Source of the DNA: Podarcis liolepis
Lineage: Eukaryota
NCBI GenBank assembly: GCA_965112155.1
Contig: OZ218098.1
Strand: one strand, 5' to 3'
Length of the DNA: 64,000 nucleotides
Of this stretch, positions 60,301-64,000 are shown one piece after another. The notes beneath the pieces are model-generated. The model was not told the DNA's origin. It saw only the letters and a list, made by a program, of their open reading frames with translations, and did no database searches. How positions within the stretch are numbered: position 1 is the first letter of the stretch; every line of letters starts with the position of its first letter. The position numbers were made by a program, and so were the translations under genes.

Positions 60301-63300
60301 GTAGGACGGCGTGGTGGGAGGCCAGCCAGCGTTAACTAACATTCACAAACACACACACGTACTAACACCTATGCAAAAACACGCCGAGCGGGAGGGAGAG
60401 TTGTAAAGCCTCCTGCTTCCCAGGTGGGAAGCAGCAGCTAGCTCGCTCGCTCTCTCCCTCCCTCTCTCTCTCTCTCTCAGTTTCAAAGGTTCATGTGCTT
60501 TCTAACATCTGCCTGAAGTTCAGCCGATTGAGTTATTACTGGTTGGGGGAAGCTGCACCTGTTGAATTCCCGGTTGTCACGCATCTACTTAAAGATGCCT
60601 TACTCCTGCTGTGCGCGCCGGGAGGGGGGGGGGAGGGATGTGTGAGCGGCGAGGAAGGAGCCATTCCGGAGCAACTGTAAGGGAACATCACATGAAGGAA
60701 CACACGTCTGCACGTCGCCACCCAAAAGTGCTGCGGTTGGGGGGGGGATCCTTGTGGAGAGGAGTGTTTCTGGATAGGTAGCATCACTACCTTCCGCACG
60801 TCAAGTACCTTCCCTGGGATGTCACCAAAAACGGAGCTGTTGAGAAAGTCGTTATTTGCCCTGTGCCCCCTGTTTTGATGGGCTCATAATACTTTTTGTC
60901 ATAAGCTGCTAGGAAAACCTGACAGTTGCTTTTGGTTTCTTGACTGATAGAAACACTAACCATTCGTCAGCTAACATGTCACTTCTTTAGTGCCTAAATC
61001 CTTCAAAATGGGAGACAGTGGCTTTGTGGTGTGCGTTCTAGAACACCTACTGTTAGTGTACTATTCTGAAGCCAGCAGCAGGGCACATTAATAATTTGCT
61101 CTGCTATAGGCTGTTACATAATTGGGAAACCAGTTAAAGAACACTTTCTTCTTTTTTAAAGGGAGCAATACAGCAATACCAGCTGATCCAAAGTGATATC
61201 TTTTCCTTTCCAGTGACTCTAGTGTTTGTTGTCATACAACAAAGGTGTCACAGTTAGTTACATATTTTGCATTTTTAATTGGGTTTTATAAACAAGAATG
61301 TTTTACAAATAAGTATACCAAATTTTTCATTTCATTTGTATATCACAAAAATAGCATAAACATATTTTGCATTTGTAAGCCTTTAGTACTGCATTCTCCC
61401 TCAAGATTTCCAAAATTCCCATTCTGTCAAGGTCATATAATGAAAAAAATCTAAGTTGATCAGTAATGTTCCAGAGCTGTTTGTTTCCTTTTGTTTCCTT
61501 TTGTGTTACTCTTGTTTCTCTCTGCTCCACTACAGAATGAAATGTCCTTTTCAAGAAAAGATTGTGCAGTTGTCCATGCTGTGCTCATCTCTCTTTCCTA
61601 CAGCCAGTTCTGCACAATAGAATGGACGATAGTTTGCACATCTTAAGTGATTTGCAGTAAGAAAATCCTGTTCAGATCACACATCTCAGAAAATTAAACT
61701 GCTGCAACTGGTACAGCAACCATACGTCAATGAAAAGATGTGATAAGATCTGAAGCAGCCAGGATCAGATTTGTGGCCATTTTTTTCAGAGATTTCCAAA
61801 TTCCGTCTCACTCTGTTGGGTGCTACAGTGACCAGCTTTTGTCATGTGGATACTGAAACACTCAAGTATGTGTGCTGTGAGCCAGGAAATTGCAGTTCAC
61901 TTTCATGGCAGCCAGGAAATTGCAGTTCATATTTCACCTCATCTGTGAACTCACTAGGTGACCCGCTGTGGGGCCTTTCTGTCACTTTTTATTTTTGCAT
62001 ATTTATTACATTTATTTAAATCCCACCTTGCTCCCAAGGAGCTCAGTGTAACACACATGGTTCTTCCTCTCCCTATTATATCCTCACTGCTAGCACCCAT
62101 GTGATGTAGGTTAGACTTGGAGATCATGATTGGCACTCTTACACTCACCTGTGGAAAAGGCAGCTGCTTGCTTCAGGGAAGGAGGTAATCTGCATGAAAA
62201 GTAACAAGCCAAGAACCAGAAAGAGAGAGCAGCAAAGTCCTTTCTTTGAGCTGATACCCTGTCCGTCATCTAGAAGAGAGGCTTACAATACAGCACACAC
62301 TGCAGGATATATGGTTATATAAAAAAACAAAACAAAACAAAATCATGCACCTATTATAAAAACAGCAACACTAAGGCCCAACTCTAACCAGCATCACTAT
62401 CAGCAGGCCTGGACAAATTAATAGGAAACCATTAGACTGATGAAGTGCTAGGTCTGCAACAAGGGTGTGGCAGGCTCGATGAGCCCCTCTCAAGCTAGCA
62501 GCCTATTAAAGCTGTGGGGAATTTGGGCCTCAGCGGTTTCTTATAGGACTTACCCTCCCTTTCACTCTGTTAGCTAATCATGGTACATAGATGACTTCAC
62601 GGGCTTTCTTACTCAATCCTGCAGAATCTGAAGAGTGTAAAGATGATGGTATTGCAAGGGCTATTTGTATCTTGTGGTTGATCCTGCATACTGTCTGCTG
62701 GTTTTCCTTTGAATATCCCTGTTGCTTACCAGTTGAGGCCATGCTTGCATAAAACATTTCTCCAGTTCTATTTATATAGCCTTATTTCTTTACCAGCTAG
62801 GCAAAATAATAATTCTGTAGAAGTTGACCCCAGTAATTCTAACTGCAGCTGGTTGAGATTGCAGAGGCAATCCTGTTTCCTTAAAGTGTTTATGTAAACA
62901 ACCCCATTGAAAGGACCAGCAAACATTCAAAGCGTCTATGTCAGCCTTGTATCCTAACAACTTGCCTTGTGACCATAGGCAACAAGGAATTCCATGCGGC
63001 TAATTAGTTGTCTGGCTAAGGAGGGATGGATTGCTCTGTCCAGGCGCCACCAACCCACTTCATTTCTGTTCTCACCACTGGGGAAGAGGCTTTTATTCCT
63101 CTGAGCAGCAGAACAACACAGCCTACTAGCTTTTTAGCAGGCTAGTGGTTTTACTTTACAGGCTATTAACTCCAGTGGACTTAGTTACAAGGCTGTCTTA
63201 GTATGTCAATGATCAGGTAGCTTAAAGAGTAGACTATGTGTTGCATATAAATGCTCTAGAAGCATATTTACCATCACAAATTTATTCCTGGAACCCCACA

Positions 63301-64000
63301 GAGAGGGAAAGCAGCTCAATTGGTGAGTTGGAAAGAAGAAAAAAAATAGTTGATAATGAAAGAGTAAACCCACCCTGTTGGATCTCTGCACAAGACTTTC
63401 TCCATCTGAAGTTGCTTTTCCTTACAAAAAAAGAGCATCAGGGTTCATTATGTGCATTTTCATATTACTTCGTTCCTATGGTAATGAGCCAGAGCATGAT
63501 CCTTTAGAAAGGATTGCTAGACTAGGGTGTGAGCAAAAAGTAGTGTCTGAACTGTATGTTTTGGTCATGTGCTGTTGAACGCACACGACTCAAATATTGC
63601 CAGAATTCTGACATGCACGCTTATTTGAGAAGTAGAAGGAAATGTGTTTCATTTGGCAGAACCATTCTGAGAGTGCATTAACTAAATCCAGCAAATACGT
63701 TTGACTCTTTCCTTCTCCTAGTGAAGCAGAACTCTCCCTACCCCCGCGGTTAACTTTCAGAATTTATTGAGGAAAATACTTAATTGTTGCAGCAGCTTTG
63801 TTCTGCAACAACACCTTCTGAATAAACCTTTAAAGCTGCAAGTCTAACCACATGTTCCCCTGAATAAGCCCTGTGGATAAACCGTAGAATTCACTTTGGA
63901 ATTAATACGGAGGATTGTGCTGTAAGTAATGTGTCGCACCCAAGAAGTTGTCTTTATTTCGCTTATGCTCTACTCCTCAAAGAGCAAATTGCATGTGGTT

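Noticed and set aside
59545-60339. 264-aa overlapping ORF and several antisense ORFs over FBXO33 exon 1
   Set aside because: Arg/Pro/Gly-rich shadows expected in a CpG island; no recognisable domain.

Overview
Vertebrate genomic DNA, almost certainly from a squamate lizard and probably a lacertid (inferred from the Sauria-SINE, L2/CR1, hAT-MITE and Penelope repeats). Six protein-coding genes can be rebuilt exon by exon with consistent splice phases: BBOF1 (-, first 4 exons, runs off the left edge), ENTPD5 (+, 13 coding exons, 428 aa), COQ6 (-, 12 exons, 478 aa), FAM161B (+, 9 exons, ~624 aa), ZNF410 (-, 10 coding exons, 466 aa) and FBXO33 (+, exon 1 only). They sit as head-to-head pairs on CpG-island promoters, and both ciliary genes (BBOF1, FAM161B) have RFX X-boxes. 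The main non-genic signal is a young family of Penelope-like insertions with target-site duplications. Two copies form long perfect hairpins and two carry minimal hammerhead-ribozyme motifs; older decayed copies are also present. Other notable points: a GC-AG intron in ENTPD5, a frame-shifted ZNF410 C-terminus, a spliced uORF in the ZNF410 leader, and ZNF410-FBXO33 adjacency, which differs from human. Gene identities rest on my recall of the orthologous proteins; no database search was run.
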